DNA of 64,000 nucleotides from Thermoplasmata archaeon (GCA_026414225.1 JAOAJK010000005.1:10609-74608); one strand, 5' to 3'; positions 45,085 to 55,942 are shown, counted from the stretch's first letter. The notes: a model not told the origin generated them from the sequence alone. Made by a program: numbers and translations.

Positions 45085-48000
45085 ATGTACCTGAAAGAAA
45101 TTCAGATGCGGAATTTCAAAACCTTCACAAAACCAATCTCAATTACTTTTGAAAGGGGATTCACCGCAGTTACAGGTCCCAACGGAAGCGGTAAATCCAA
45201 CATCTCGGATGCGGTTCTGTTTGTGCTGGGACCGAAGAGTTCCAGGGTAATCCGAGCGGGTAAACTCACCGATTTAATCTTCAACGGGGGAAAGGAGGGA
45301 AAGCCGGCGAAAGAATGCGAGTGCTCGCTTATCTTTGACAACACTGACAGAACAATCCCGATAGATGCGGACGAAGTCAAGCTAACCCGTGTGGTCAAAA
45401 TCTCGCCATCAGATCCTTCTGGCTACAACAGTTACTTCTATGTGAATGACAAGAAATCCACGCTCACCGAGTTTGAAGAGCTCCTTGCGAATGCTAGAAT
45501 CTCCGCAGACAGCTACAACATTGTGCGCCAGGGCGACATCACAAGCATCGTCGAAAAAATGACGCCGGTTGATATCAGAAGAATCATCGATGGAATTGCG
45601 GGCATCACCAAATTTGATGAGGATATAAAGAAGGCGGATGAAAAGCGTGCGTATGTGGAAGATAACCTTTCCAGAATAAGCATCATTCTTGAGGAACACA
45701 GGAACCAGCTCGGGGTGCTTGAGAAGGACAGGGAAACCGCAATCAAATACATGGAATTGCGGCAGCGACTGGAAGAGGCAAAGGCGTCGCTTGCCCACAA
45801 GAAAAGGATCTCCATTGAAGGAGAGATTGCCAGCATCAAGAACCTCATCGAAGCCCAGAATAAAGAAATTGAGAATCTAAAAGCAGAAAAGGAGAAACTG
45901 GGAGAGGAAATTAAAGGACTGGGCGTCAAGAAGGAAGAGATTGAAAAGGAGATTGTAGCAAGGGGTGGAGAGGAATTTAAAAAGCTGAAGACCGAGATTG
46001 ATGGGATTCGCCTGAATGTGGCAAAGGCGAGGGATAGAATCGCTGAACTCAAGGAATCAACCGTCACACTCAAAAATGAAAAAAATCTGGTAGAGAAGGA
46101 AATCCAGAAGCTGGAAAAATCCAGGACCGCCCTTCAGGCCGATGCTGGCAGAACAGCGGAGGAACTCAAAAAAACCGCTGAAGAAATAAAAACCCTTGAG
46201 TCCAGAATCAAATCGGTTGAGGAAACAATCTCAAAGTCAGACACCGAAATTTCCGGTTACCAGAAGGAACTCCTGAAGCTCTCGAACACTGTTGATAAAA
46301 AGATGGAAGAATACAAGAATGCGGAAATCGAGCTGGGTAAGGCAAGAAATGTAATTGAGAACCTTGAAATCCAGATAACAAATGCGGAGGAGGAAATAAA
46401 AACAAGGGAATTTGAGCTGAGGGATGCGGAGTTTGAGTTGAAGGAACTGGGCTCGAACAGGAAGACCTCGGAGAAGAGCATCCAGGAACTAACGGCCGCC
46501 TTCCACAAAAAGCGGGGTGAGGTTGCAAAACTGGAAACTGAGATCGAGAAGGTTGAGGACGAGATCCGCGAACTCACCAGGACCTACAACACACTCAAAG
46601 CCCAGATCGAGGCAAGGATGGGGGCTGAGAGGGGTGCAGGCGATGCAGTCAACACTATTCTGGATGCAAGGAACAGAAATCTGATTAAGGGCATCCATGG
46701 CACCGTTGCCCAGCTTGCCAGATTCGAGGAAAAATACAGCATTGCCCTCGGTGTTGCAGCAGGCCCGAGAATGAATGCGATCGTGGTTGATGACGATGGT
46801 GTTGCTGCACAGTGCATTGAGTATTTGAAGCAGAAGAAGGCAGGAAGGGCCATTTTCATCCCGCTCAACAAAATTCTTGAAACAAGACCCAGGGGCAAGG
46901 CCGTGGTGGTTGCGAAGGATAAGAACTGTGTGGGCTTCGCAATTGACCTCTTGGAATTTGAGGAGAAGTACCGCCCCGCATTTTCGTATGTGTTTGGAGA
47001 CACACTGGTAATGAAGGACCTTGATGCCGCAAGAGCCGTAATGGGCGGCGTGCGGCTTGTTACCCTTGCCGGGGAACTGATAGAGGCAAGCGGTGCAATG
47101 GTTGGAGGAAGCATTCAGGATAGGGAAAAATTCGGTGCCGGCGCCCTGGAGGAACTCGACAGGATTGGGAAGGTACTCGGTTCAAAGATGGAGGAGGAGA
47201 GAAACCTCACTGAAAAGCTGAAGGCGGAGAGAGAAGCCCTGCGGACTCTTGAGGATGAAATCAGGGAGAGGAACAGCAAGGAAGGGACTGCCCAGCTTGC
47301 CTACGAAACCTGCCTGGTGAGAAAGAAGGAGACAGAGAAAAAATTGAATGAGGCACGGGATACCCTTGCAAGATTCAACAAAGAACTTGAGAATGCCAGA
47401 AAGGAGGCAGGGAGATGGGAGGAAGCATGCGAAAAAATCAGGAAGGAAATTGAGAAATTGAAGGCGGAGAAAGAGGAAATAAATGCCAGAATCATGGAAC
47501 TCACGCCAAAGGCGCTGGGCGAGGAGTTAAAAGCCGCGAGGAGCCAGTTGCAGGACTCGGTCAGAAGAAAGGCGGACCTCGAGGGTAGGTTGTCCTCAAT
47601 TGAAACCAACATAAAACTATACACAGAAAGACTGGAAGAGCAGCGGAGAAAGGCTACTGGCATTTCAGACCAGATTGAGAAAAACGGGAAGGAAATTGAG
47701 AAGCTGAACGGAGAGGTTTATGAGGGCGAGGAAAAACTGAAAGCATTGCTGCGGGTTGAGGAGACACTCAACAAGGAACTTGCAGACCTCCAGCAGCAAC
47801 GGGATGAGATTTTCAGGCAGATAAATGAACACACCGCGGAGAGGGACAAAATTGATACCCGGATTCTCTCGAAGAATGACATAATCATCGGCCAGACCAC
47901 AAAGCTTCGTTCGCTCGAGGAAGCCCTTGCGGAAATTAACATTGAGATAATGGGTTACAAGGTAAAGGTGCCGGAAAAACTGCCATCAAACGAGGAACTG

Positions 48001-48687
48001 AAACGCACGATTGCGGATTGCGAGAACGCAATAAACTTGCTTGGACCGGTGAACATGAAAGCAATCGAGGACTACGATGCCCTCAAGAAGCGGATTGAGG
48101 AATTGAAAACGGAATTCGACAGGCTCGAGGAGGAAAAGCACAAACTCATAGACCTTGTGAAAGAAATTACAGAGAAGAAGAAAACCGGGTTCTACAAGGT
48201 TTACACCGCAATCAACGAAAATTTCAAGAGGATCTATGCCGAACTTTCAGATGGAGGCGAGGCAGAGCTCGTGCTCGAAAATCCAGATAACCCGTTTGAA
48301 GGTGGGTTGCACATCAAGGCAAAGCCAAAAAACAAGAAGGTCATAAGATTGGAGTCCTTGTCTGGCGGTGAGAAAAGTCTCACAGGGCTCGCGTTCATAT
48401 TTGCAATCCAGCAGTATGACCCGAGTCCCTTCTACTTCCTCGATGAGGTGGATATGTTCCTGGATGCGATAAATGCTGAGATTGTGGCCAAGGTGATAAA
48501 AAAGAATTCTGCAAAGGCCCAGTTTATCATGATTTCCCTCAGGAAAGTCACACTCCAGTACGCGGATAGATTGTATGGCGTAACCTTGGAGCCAAATGGA
48601 ACCTCCAAAGTGGTTGCACTTGAACTTGACCAGATTAAGGACATGGTCGAAGAAAAACCGAAAGAAGAGTCAGAAGGGGTGGTGTAA
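45085..48687 (+). CDS. smc: Chromosome segregation protein SMC
   Basis: GPNGSGKSN, Q-loop VRQG, hinge GRAIFIPL, LSGGEKS, LDEVD. Confidence 0.98.
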   Translation: MYLKEIQMRNFKTFTKPISITFERGFTAVTGPNGSGKSNISDAVLFVLGPKSSRVIRAGKLTDLIFNGGKEGKPAKECECSLIFDNTDRTIPIDADEVKLTRVVKISPSDPSGYNSYFYVNDKKSTLTEFEELLANARISADSYNIVRQGDITSIVEKMTPVDIRRIIDGIAGITKFDEDIKKADEKRAYVEDNLSRISIILEEHRNQLGVLEKDRETAIKYMELRQRLEEAKASLAHKKRISIEGEIASIKNLIEAQNKEIENLKAEKEKLGEEIKGLGVKKEEIEKEIVARGGEEFKKLKTEIDGIRLNVAKARDRIAELKESTVTLKNEKNLVEKEIQKLEKSRTALQADAGRTAEELKKTAEEIKTLESRIKSVEETISKSDTEISGYQKELLKLSNTVDKKMEEYKNAEIELGKARNVIENLEIQITNAEEEIKTREFELRDAEFELKELGSNRKTSEKSIQELTAAFHKKRGEVAKLETEIEKVEDEIRELTRTYNTLKAQIEARMGAERGAGDAVNTILDARNRNLIKGIHGTVAQLARFEEKYSIALGVAAGPRMNAIVVDDDGVAAQCIEYLKQKKAGRAIFIPLNKILETRPRGKAVVVAKDKNCVGFAIDLLEFEEKYRPAFSYVFGDTLVMKDLDAARAVMGGVRLVTLAGELIEASGAMVGGSIQDREKFGAGALEELDRIGKVLGSKMEEERNLTEKLKAEREALRTLEDEIRERNSKEGTAQLAYETCLVRKKETEKKLNEARDTLARFNKELENARKEAGRWEEACEKIRKEIEKLKAEKEEINARIMELTPKALGEELKAARSQLQDSVRRKADLEGRLSSIETNIKLYTERLEEQRRKATGISDQIEKNGKEIEKLNGEVYEGEEKLKALLRVEETLNKELADLQQQRDEIFRQINEHTAERDKIDTRILSKNDIIIGQTTKLRSLEEALAEINIEIMGYKVKVPEKLPSNEELKRTIADCENAINLLGPVNMKAIEDYDALKKRIEELKTEFDRLEEEKHKLIDLVKEITEKKKTGFYKVYTAINENFKRIYAELSDGGEAELVLENPDNPFEGGLHIKAKPKNKKVIRLESLSGGEKSLTGLAFIFAIQQYDPSPFYFLDEVDMFLDAINAEIVAKVIKKNSAKAQFIMISLRKVTLQYADRLYGVTLEPNGTSKVVALELDQIKDMVEEKPKEESEGVV

Positions 48688-49605
48688 ATGAATACATCAA
48701 CAGTTTGTGAAGTCGGGAAAACCGAAAACCTGGAAATCGGGGCTCTGAAAACAGTGAAGTTCGAACCAGAGGTTGTCAAAAATGTGCTGAATCACCTGCT
48801 CTTCTACAAGTCGCTCATCAGCGAGAAGGATGAGAAGAAGATTGACCACTACCTGAACCTCGTGGAAACGCTTGGTGGCGGGAGCTTTATTTCAATCCAG
48901 AACCCGTTCGAACGCGCTCTGGCTGCAATCTTCGAGCTTGTGCTCGAGCATGCTCTTGACCCGTGGAACATAGACCTCGTGGAGTTTGCAAAAATGTATC
49001 ACGAGAAACTCAAGGAAAGTGACGACATTGACTTCATCACAGCGGGAAGAATCATTCTCATGGCATGGGCAATCCTGCACATCCAGAGCGAGACGCTGAG
49101 GTTGAAGGCAGAGCCGCCCGCACCTGCACCCGTGGAAGAAATAGACACCGGGGTAGAACTCTGGAGCACACCCGAAGAGATGGATTACACCAACATCGTG
49201 CTGAACGCTGAGGAACCACCAATCCAGCCCCTTGCCCTCCACCCGAGCACAAGGCCAGTCACACTCATGGAACTTGTGAATGCCTTCGACGAGGCAAGGG
49301 TGGAAGCGGAACGGCGGATGCAGCTGGAAGAAATCAGGAAGGCAAATGTAAACAAATTCCAGAGCACACCAGCAATCAAGGTCCACGAGGAATCCATAGA
49401 GCAGGAAATCAACGAACTCTGGCCAAAGATTGAAACCAGGCATGGTAAGTTCGGATTTCGCTCATTGCTGAACGGATGCAGGAGCCGAAGCGTGATTGTG
49501 GGCATGTTCGTTGCGTTGCTCCACCTTGCGAAGATGAACAGGATAAAAATCTGGCAGGAAAAAATTCCGTATGGAGAAATATATATAGAGGTGCTGAATA
49601 ACTGA
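48688..49605 (+). CDS. scpA: Kleisin ScpA
   Basis: LDPWNIDL, RPVTLMELV, FVALLHLA..KIWQEKIPYGEIYI; directly after smc. Confidence 0.9.
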   Translation: MNTSTVCEVGKTENLEIGALKTVKFEPEVVKNVLNHLLFYKSLISEKDEKKIDHYLNLVETLGGGSFISIQNPFERALAAIFELVLEHALDPWNIDLVEFAKMYHEKLKESDDIDFITAGRIILMAWAILHIQSETLRLKAEPPAPAPVEEIDTGVELWSTPEEMDYTNIVLNAEEPPIQPLALHPSTRPVTLMELVNAFDEARVEAERRMQLEEIRKANVNKFQSTPAIKVHEESIEQEINELWPKIETRHGKFGFRSLLNGCRSRSVIVGMFVALLHLAKMNRIKIWQEKIPYGEIYIEVLNN

Positions 49606-49613
49606 TTGAGACC

Positions 49614-50213
49614 ATGGAGAAGCAACTCTCACTCGTGATTGAAGCGCTCCTTTTCTCCTCAGGAAGAGAGATGAGTGTGCGGGAGATTGCCCAGATGCTG
49701 GGCCTGGAGGAAAAGGATGTGAGAAAGGGCTGCCGGGAGCTTGTGCAGCGATACAGGAAGGCCAACACCGCAATTGAGATTGGAAGGGTGGGAACAAGAT
49801 TTGTGATGCGGTTGAGGCCAGAGTTTGTGGGGGTTGCTGTGCCCGTTGCGATGCCTGAACTTGAGAAGGACGAGATAAAAACCCTGGCATTAATTGCGTT
49901 CTACCAGCCACTCAAGCAGAGCGTGCTTTCAAAAATGGTGGGTTCAAAGGTGTACGAACACATAGAAAAACTGAAAAGAATGGAGCTCATCAAGACAAAA
50001 AAGAGCGGGGCAACATTTACCCTCACTACCACCAGAAAATTCCTCGTTTATTTTGGCATTCCAAGTGCGAAGAAGGAAGAAATCAGAAAATGGGTTGCAA
50101 GCAAGGTGGGAATTGAGCTGAAACAGGAGGATGTGCCACCTCCAGGAGCCCAGGGGGCCGCGGAAAACCTCGAGAACTCTGGCGAGTCAAAAACTGAGCA
50201 AACGCTGGAGTAA
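49614..50213 (+). CDS. scpB: Kite subunit ScpB
   Basis: IEALLF, TLALIAFYQP, TTRKFLVYFG. Confidence 0.92.
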   Translation: MEKQLSLVIEALLFSSGREMSVREIAQMLGLEEKDVRKGCRELVQRYRKANTAIEIGRVGTRFVMRLRPEFVGVAVPVAMPELEKDEIKTLALIAFYQPLKQSVLSKMVGSKVYEHIEKLKRMELIKTKKSGATFTLTTTRKFLVYFGIPSAKKEEIRKWVASKVGIELKQEDVPPPGAQGAAENLENSGESKTEQTLE

Positions 50214-50277
50214 CCCAAAAATTTTATTTATCCACACTACATTTCCTTTATGTTAAATAACGGCAGGTGCTGTGTCA

Positions 50278-53200
50278 ATGGAAGACGGTGCAGAAAAAAA
50301 AGCCATTGTGGAATTCACAAGAATCCCGAGCATAGGGCTTGCCAGAGCGAAGAAACTTTACGAGGCAGGTTATCATTCAATCGAGGATTTGAAGAAAGCA
50401 AGTTTCGAGGAGCTTGCAAGGATAAATGGAATCGGCGAAACCCATGCAAGGGCCATCAAAGAACATTTCGGAGATAAACCAGTGAAAAAACCATTTTCCG
50501 ATTTCAGGGTTAAAAAGGTTGCGGTTGAGGTGAGTCCTGGGGAAGACACAGCGGAAAATAATGAGGAGACATCGTTACCTGACCCGGAGATGGAAAAAGA
50601 GCTGCTTGATATGGAAAAGGAGCTTAAGGAAACAGAGGAATTTATCGAGAAGTCAAAGGTAAGCACGGGCCCGATCGTGTTTGAGAAGAAGGTAAAGGTG
50701 GAGAAGGGTAAGGTTGTGGTAAGAAAAAGACGATTCCCGACGAAGGGAGTGAAGGTTGGAACCTTCATTCTTGCCTCTTTTCTAATCCTTACCTCGGTTT
50801 TCGTACTCTGGTATGCAACCCGACCAACAGGTAGAATCATGGTCGATGGAAACATCGACGACTGGGAAGGGATCGCGAGGTACACCGATTCAATCCCTGT
50901 TTTCAACCAGGACATAAACCTCAACGAATACAGTGTATACTATGAAAACGACCGGGTTTACTTTTATGCACGGGTGCCTGGCAGCCTATACAATGGTGCA
51001 AATAATGGCTACGATGCCCTCGTAATCTTTGTGGACACGGACGGAAATCCCGCAACTGGCTACAGGATAGAGAACCTGGGTGTCGATGCAAAAATCGAGG
51101 TGGCTGGCTACGGCGGCGAAATCCGCTCTGCCTCCGTATCGAGGTTTATCCCTGACAGTGCTTCCGCAAAGCCCGAGCTAAACTACAGTGCGTGGGAGAA
51201 TGCGGGTGAGGTCAGGGTAGAAAAGACAGACAGGATAGTCGAGGGTTATGCGAAGGTTGCTGGGCTAGAGAATCCCGTGAGCTTGGTGGTGATGCGGCAT
51301 TACGAGGGTTCAACCTATGCGGAGAAGCGGGGTGCGGCGGTTGTGGGCAAGGCACCCGGTAGCCTGGTAATTTACCAGAATTTCGTGGCCGGCGATGTGG
51401 TAAATCTGAATGACGATGTGGTTGAACTGAAGGTTGTGGCAAAGGGGGGAAATGTGAAGGTAAGCCAGATTGCTGTTTCCAATGCTGTTCTGAACCTTCC
51501 AAAGAATGAACTTGGACCAAACGAGGAATTTACGGTGAGGGCAAAAGCGAACGAACTGGGCACTGGCACCGCATACGAATTCGGGGTTGCCAGCGTGACC
51601 GCGGATGTGCCCTACCGCATCGTTGGTGCGGGCGGAAAGGCGTACTTCGGCTCTTTGCCTTCAGGCATCGTGATAGACGGTGCGTTCGGTGACTGGGAGG
51701 GGGTCCAGAAGGGCACCGATGTTCCCGGAGATGCACCCAGGAACATTGATTTGAGGGAGTATGCGAGCGCAATCTCCAGCAATGCATACTTCTACATGGC
51801 CGTTGACGGGAGCATGCTCGCCGGCTGTGAGATTCCGGTGGTTGCTGGAAGACCGCCGGTGCAGCCAGGCCCTCCAGCACCCGTGGTGATAAAGGAAAAT
51901 CTGGGTCTGGATGTGGCGAGGGTTTACATTGACCTGATTAACTCTACAATCAACACCTTCAACCCGGCAATGATTTCGCACGGGTATCTTATCGAGCTGC
52001 AGGGGAGGAACGGACAGGTGGTCAGCGCAAAGGTCTGGAAATGGGAGAATGGAATGAGGGCGGAGGAGATTTCAAGTTCAAACATTGTTTACGGGTTGAG
52101 CGACGGGAAGATTGAGATCGGGATCGGACTTGCTGTACTCCCAGGGATTGACGGAAGCACGAAATTCTACTTTGAGATGAGCAACTGGTTGGGAGAGAAA
52201 GATGTGAACGAGATGGCGTATCTAGCCGGGAGAGAGGGAACTAGGGTGGGTGGCGGCGGGAACTATGGCTCATCGCTGTTGGCCGACTTTACTGGCACCT
52301 ACAATAAAGTGGTGCTCGTGAACGATAGATACACCTCGACTACAAAAGGGGCTTTGCGGCTGGAAAATGCAACAATCGCCTATGGTGGATTGAATGCCAC
52401 GGATGTGGATGCGGGAGGCAACCTCACGGTGAGCAATACAAGGTACTGGAATGGGACCTACTACTTCAGGCATCTTAAAATTGCAGGCACAGGAAACATT
52501 ACGGCGAGCGGCTACATGACCGTGATACGAATCTATGCTGAAGTCATAGAGGTAGAGACCGGTGGGGTGATATATCTTGCTGGTAGGGGTGGAAAGGGCG
52601 GTGCCGGTGGAGCCGCAGGTGGTGGTGATGGATACACGGGACAGGATGGGAATGACAGTAGTGGACCTTCCGCGAGTAACAACGGACAGGCGGATGGTGG
52701 TGCCGGTGGAGGGGGGATACTCTCAAGTAACAACTATGGTGGTTTTGGTGGTGGTGGTGGCGGATTTGCAGGAAACGGTGGCAATGGAGGGCAGGGAGCC
52801 AAAGATGGGGCCCTCGGGGTAGATGGTACAAATGGATACTACGGAAGAGGTGGAATTGCATATGCTTCCGCACCGAACCTGAAGCCTGGTTCCGGTGGCG
52901 GTGGTGGAAGTGGGGGAGACGGAGGTAACAGTGCTGCTGGCGGTGCGGGCGGTCACGGTGGAGGAGCCATTCTGCTGAACGCCTGGAACATCTACATCAA
53001 CGGAAGGATTATTGCAAATGGCACTGATGCTGGAAACGGGGAAGATGGAGATAGGCCAGGTGCCGGTGGTGGAGGCGGTTCCGGTGGCTGTATATTGGTA
53101 CAGGGCTGCAATGTGACAGTTGGAGCAAATGCGGAGTTCAACGCATCAGGGGGGGCAGGTGGTAATGCAGGAGCTGACACCCACGATGCCAGCACGGATG

Positions 53201-54360
53201 ACGAAGCCGGTGGCGGAGGCGGTGGCGGCGGAGGTGCAATCTGGATTTATGCAGACAACGCCTACAGTGAAAGCAGTGGGGCAAAATTCAATGTTTCCGG
53301 AGGCGTCGGAGGTCTTGGCTCAGTCGGGGCACCTACCCCGTTGAATAACAACGGAGTAAACGGGACGGCTGGCAACATCAGTAAGCCAGCCCAGGGTGCA
53401 CCCCCCTCTCCGAGAACCACTTTCACATCTAACTTGAGCTATGCCCTCACAGGCTACTATGTTTCGCAAGTGCTGGATGCAGGTAGAATTGCCCTCTGGC
53501 GCACATTAAACTGGACGAGAGACACTCACTGGGGAGGAACGCAGGTAACTTTGAGGGTAAGGTGGGGTAACACCTCGTTGCCCGATGCGACCTGGCATGC
53601 CTGGCAGGATGTAAATGGCACGATGAGCGGAGGCAATGGACCGCTGAGTGAGACATTTAATTTAGCCATTACAAGCTATCCATTTGCCAGATTTTTCCAG
53701 TATAACATCACGATCGGAACATCCGTGGGGATGAACTCTCCTACAATTTACAGAGTTAATCTAACCTACTCAAAGCCAAAGGTTTTGATTGCGAGCGTTA
53801 TCTTTAACCCCTATCCCACGGGTGGAACGAATCACAGTGTAGTGCTGGCAAATAACGACAGCTTCCCTGTTATATACTCTACAATATATCTGAATTCCTC
53901 GGCGAATTCCTACTCCACGCCGCTTTCTCTGACTCCGGGCTCTAGGATTACAGTGCCCCTTTCATCGAGCTTTTTCCTTTCAGTGAATATTTCTGGTGAT
54001 TTTCTGTTTTTAAATGATTCCACATCCAGCATATCAGGGCTCCCACCGCACGGAATCGTAGATTTCGTAAACTGGACAGATAGAAACGGCGGAGAGCCAC
54101 CTCCATGTGGGAACTATGCAGCAATCCAGAATGAGTGGACCAATGGGGCCGTGAATCTGACTGGCTTCGATCCACTTACCCAGATAGGAATAAACCGCTC
54201 CGTGATTATGGATGCACCTGTGGACACGGACACGAAAGCTGACTGGTATGTGATAGTGGGGGAGCAAACTGGGAGTACTCCGTTGATGCTGGTTCTTATG
54301 CTGATTCCGTGCATCGTCATAGTAAGGAAGGAGCGCGGCCAAAAACTGAGAAAACTGTAA
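50278..54360 (+). CDS. Large surface protein: N-terminal HhH, TM, beta-rich ectodomains, glycine-rich domain, C-terminal TM anchor
   Basis: IPSIGLARAKKLYEAGY..INGIG HhH; TM at VGTFILASFLILTSVFVLWY; two [IV]xxDGxxxDWEG motifs; GGGGG-rich segment ~52575-53400; many NxS/T sequons; C-terminal hydrophobic stretch plus basic tail. Confidence 0.82.
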   Translation: MEDGAEKKAIVEFTRIPSIGLARAKKLYEAGYHSIEDLKKASFEELARINGIGETHARAIKEHFGDKPVKKPFSDFRVKKVAVEVSPGEDTAENNEETSLPDPEMEKELLDMEKELKETEEFIEKSKVSTGPIVFEKKVKVEKGKVVVRKRRFPTKGVKVGTFILASFLILTSVFVLWYATRPTGRIMVDGNIDDWEGIARYTDSIPVFNQDINLNEYSVYYENDRVYFYARVPGSLYNGANNGYDALVIFVDTDGNPATGYRIENLGVDAKIEVAGYGGEIRSASVSRFIPDSASAKPELNYSAWENAGEVRVEKTDRIVEGYAKVAGLENPVSLVVMRHYEGSTYAEKRGAAVVGKAPGSLVIYQNFVAGDVVNLNDDVVELKVVAKGGNVKVSQIAVSNAVLNLPKNELGPNEEFTVRAKANELGTGTAYEFGVASVTADVPYRIVGAGGKAYFGSLPSGIVIDGAFGDWEGVQKGTDVPGDAPRNIDLREYASAISSNAYFYMAVDGSMLAGCEIPVVAGRPPVQPGPPAPVVIKENLGLDVARVYIDLINSTINTFNPAMISHGYLIELQGRNGQVVSAKVWKWENGMRAEEISSSNIVYGLSDGKIEIGIGLAVLPGIDGSTKFYFEMSNWLGEKDVNEMAYLAGREGTRVGGGGNYGSSLLADFTGTYNKVVLVNDRYTSTTKGALRLENATIAYGGLNATDVDAGGNLTVSNTRYWNGTYYFRHLKIAGTGNITASGYMTVIRIYAEVIEVETGGVIYLAGRGGKGGAGGAAGGGDGYTGQDGNDSSGPSASNNGQADGGAGGGGILSSNNYGGFGGGGGGFAGNGGNGGQGAKDGALGVDGTNGYYGRGGIAYASAPNLKPGSGGGGGSGGDGGNSAAGGAGGHGGGAILLNAWNIYINGRIIANGTDAGNGEDGDRPGAGGGGGSGGCILVQGCNVTVGANAEFNASGGAGGNAGADTHDASTDDEAGGGGGGGGGAIWIYADNAYSESSGAKFNVSGGVGGLGSVGAPTPLNNNGVNGTAGNISKPAQGAPPSPRTTFTSNLSYALTGYYVSQVLDAGRIALWRTLNWTRDTHWGGTQVTLRVRWGNTSLPDATWHAWQDVNGTMSGGNGPLSETFNLAITSYPFARFFQYNITIGTSVGMNSPTIYRVNLTYSKPKVLIASVIFNPYPTGGTNHSVVLANNDSFPVIYSTIYLNSSANSYSTPLSLTPGSRITVPLSSSFFLSVNISGDFLFLNDSTSSISGLPPHGIVDFVNWTDRNGGEPPPCGNYAAIQNEWTNGAVNLTGFDPLTQIGINRSVIMDAPVDTDTKADWYVIVGEQTGSTPLMLVLMLIPCIVIVRKERGQKLRKL

Positions 54361-54404
54361 ATACCCCCACCATTATCAGCCAACAAATTTCAGAGGTGGT
54401 AATC

Positions 54405-55724
54405 ATGGTCAAGAAGAAAGTGATAATAATGGGTGCTGCAGGCAGGGACTTTCACGACTTTAATACCTACTTCAGGGATAATGAGGAATATGAGGTTGTG
54501 GCATTCACAGCGACCCAGATTCCTGATATAGAAGGTAGGAAATACCCTGCAGAACTTGCAGGCAGGCTTTATCCTGAAGGAATACCCATTTATGCCGAGG
54601 AATCTCTCCCCCAGATAATTAAGGAAAAGGGGGTGGATGAAGTTGTGTTTTCCTACAGTGATGTTTCGCATGAGTATGTGATGCACAGGGCATCGATCGC
54701 TCTGGCGAACGGGGCAGGTTTCCGTTTGATACCCCCGAAGGTAACGATGTTAAAGGCGGCAGTGCCAGTTATTGCCGTCTGTGCGGTGCGTACGGGTGCT
54801 GGCAAGAGCCAGACCACAAGAAGAGTTGCGAAGATTCTGCAGAACTTGGGAAAAAAAGTGGTGGTTGTCAGGCATCCGATGCCCTACGGGGATTTAAAGG
54901 AACAGGCAGTCCAGAGGTTTGCAAGTTATGACGACATGGACAGGTATAAGTGCACGATTGAGGAGAGAGAGGAATATGAGCCCCACATAGACAATGGAAT
55001 TGTGGTTTATGCTGGGGTTGACTATGAGAAGATTCTGAGGCAGGCGGAAAAGGAGTGTGATGTGCTCCTCTGGGATGGCGGAAACAATGACCTCCCATTT
55101 TACAAGCCAGATTTGCACATCGTGGTCGCAGACCCACACAGACCTGGACATGAGGCAAAGTATCATCCTGGCGAAGCAAATCTCAGAATGGCTGATGTGG
55201 TAATTATAAACAAGGTGGACACTGCAAGCCCTGAGAATGTGGAGGCGGTGAAGACAAGCATAAGGGAAATGAATCCTGATGCAGACATAATTGAGGCGGG
55301 CTCACCAATCTCCACAGACCACCCTGAAATGATAAGGGGCAAGTCGGTGCTCGTTGTTGAGGATGGCCCTACGCTCACCCACGGGGAAATGAAGTATGGT
55401 GCGGGTACAATTGCCGCAAGGAGATTTGGAGCAAGGGAAATAGTGGAACCTGAGCAGTATGCTGTAGGTTCTATAAAGAAGACCTTCAAGAAATATCCCC
55501 ATCTCAAAAACCTGCTACCTGCAATGGGATATGGAAAAACCCAGATTCAGGAACTTCAAGAAACAATCAACAAGGTTCCCTGTGACCTTGTGGTGTCGGG
55601 AACACCGATTAATCTGGAAAGGGTGATGAAGGTAAACAAACCGATTCTCAGAGTAAGATACGAGCTCGATGAGATTGGGCGGCCCAATCTTGAGGATATG
55701 ATAAAGACCTATCTGAGGTTATGA
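54405..55724 (+). CDS. cDPG-synthetase-like P-loop ligase, probably ArcE (arginine synthetase) type
   Basis: VIIMGAAGRDFHDFN, FTATQIPDI, RTGAGKSQT, RHPMPYG, TIEEREEYE, WDGGNND, EDGPTLTHG. Confidence 0.8.
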   Translation: MVKKKVIIMGAAGRDFHDFNTYFRDNEEYEVVAFTATQIPDIEGRKYPAELAGRLYPEGIPIYAEESLPQIIKEKGVDEVVFSYSDVSHEYVMHRASIALANGAGFRLIPPKVTMLKAAVPVIAVCAVRTGAGKSQTTRRVAKILQNLGKKVVVVRHPMPYGDLKEQAVQRFASYDDMDRYKCTIEEREEYEPHIDNGIVVYAGVDYEKILRQAEKECDVLLWDGGNNDLPFYKPDLHIVVADPHRPGHEAKYHPGEANLRMADVVIINKVDTASPENVEAVKTSIREMNPDADIIEAGSPISTDHPEMIRGKSVLVVEDGPTLTHGEMKYGAGTIAARRFGAREIVEPEQYAVGSIKKTFKKYPHLKNLLPAMGYGKTQIQELQETINKVPCDLVVSGTPINLERVMKVNKPILRVRYELDEIGRPNLEDMIKTYLRL

Positions 55725-55942
55725 CCATGCCTGAAATGAAGCACAAGCTAGAAGAGAAAGAAAAATGCCAGATTGAGGGTTGCAAGAATACTGCAGAACG
55801 CTCTGTCTCCGCTGCAAAGCTCTCAAAAGTTTATTCCAAGATGGGAGAAAGAAAGGGCTCTGTGCGGATCTGCAGGGAACACTACAGAAAATTCAAGAAG
55901 GAGACAAAGGAAGAGAGGGAACTGGAGAGGCTTGGCTGGTAA
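55721..55942 (+). CDS. Small C3H zinc-binding hypothetical protein
   Basis: CQIEGC...ICREHY, ending LERLGW; ATGA and TAATG overlaps with both neighbours. Confidence 0.75.
   Translation: MTMPEMKHKLEEKEKCQIEGCKNTAERSVSAAKLSKVYSKMGERKGSVRICREHYRKFKKETKEERELERLGW

Noticed and set aside
52575-53400. Collagen-like or DNA tandem repeat
   Set aside because: The glycine runs are not Gly-X-Y and the DNA is not periodic; it is a Gly-rich protein domain.
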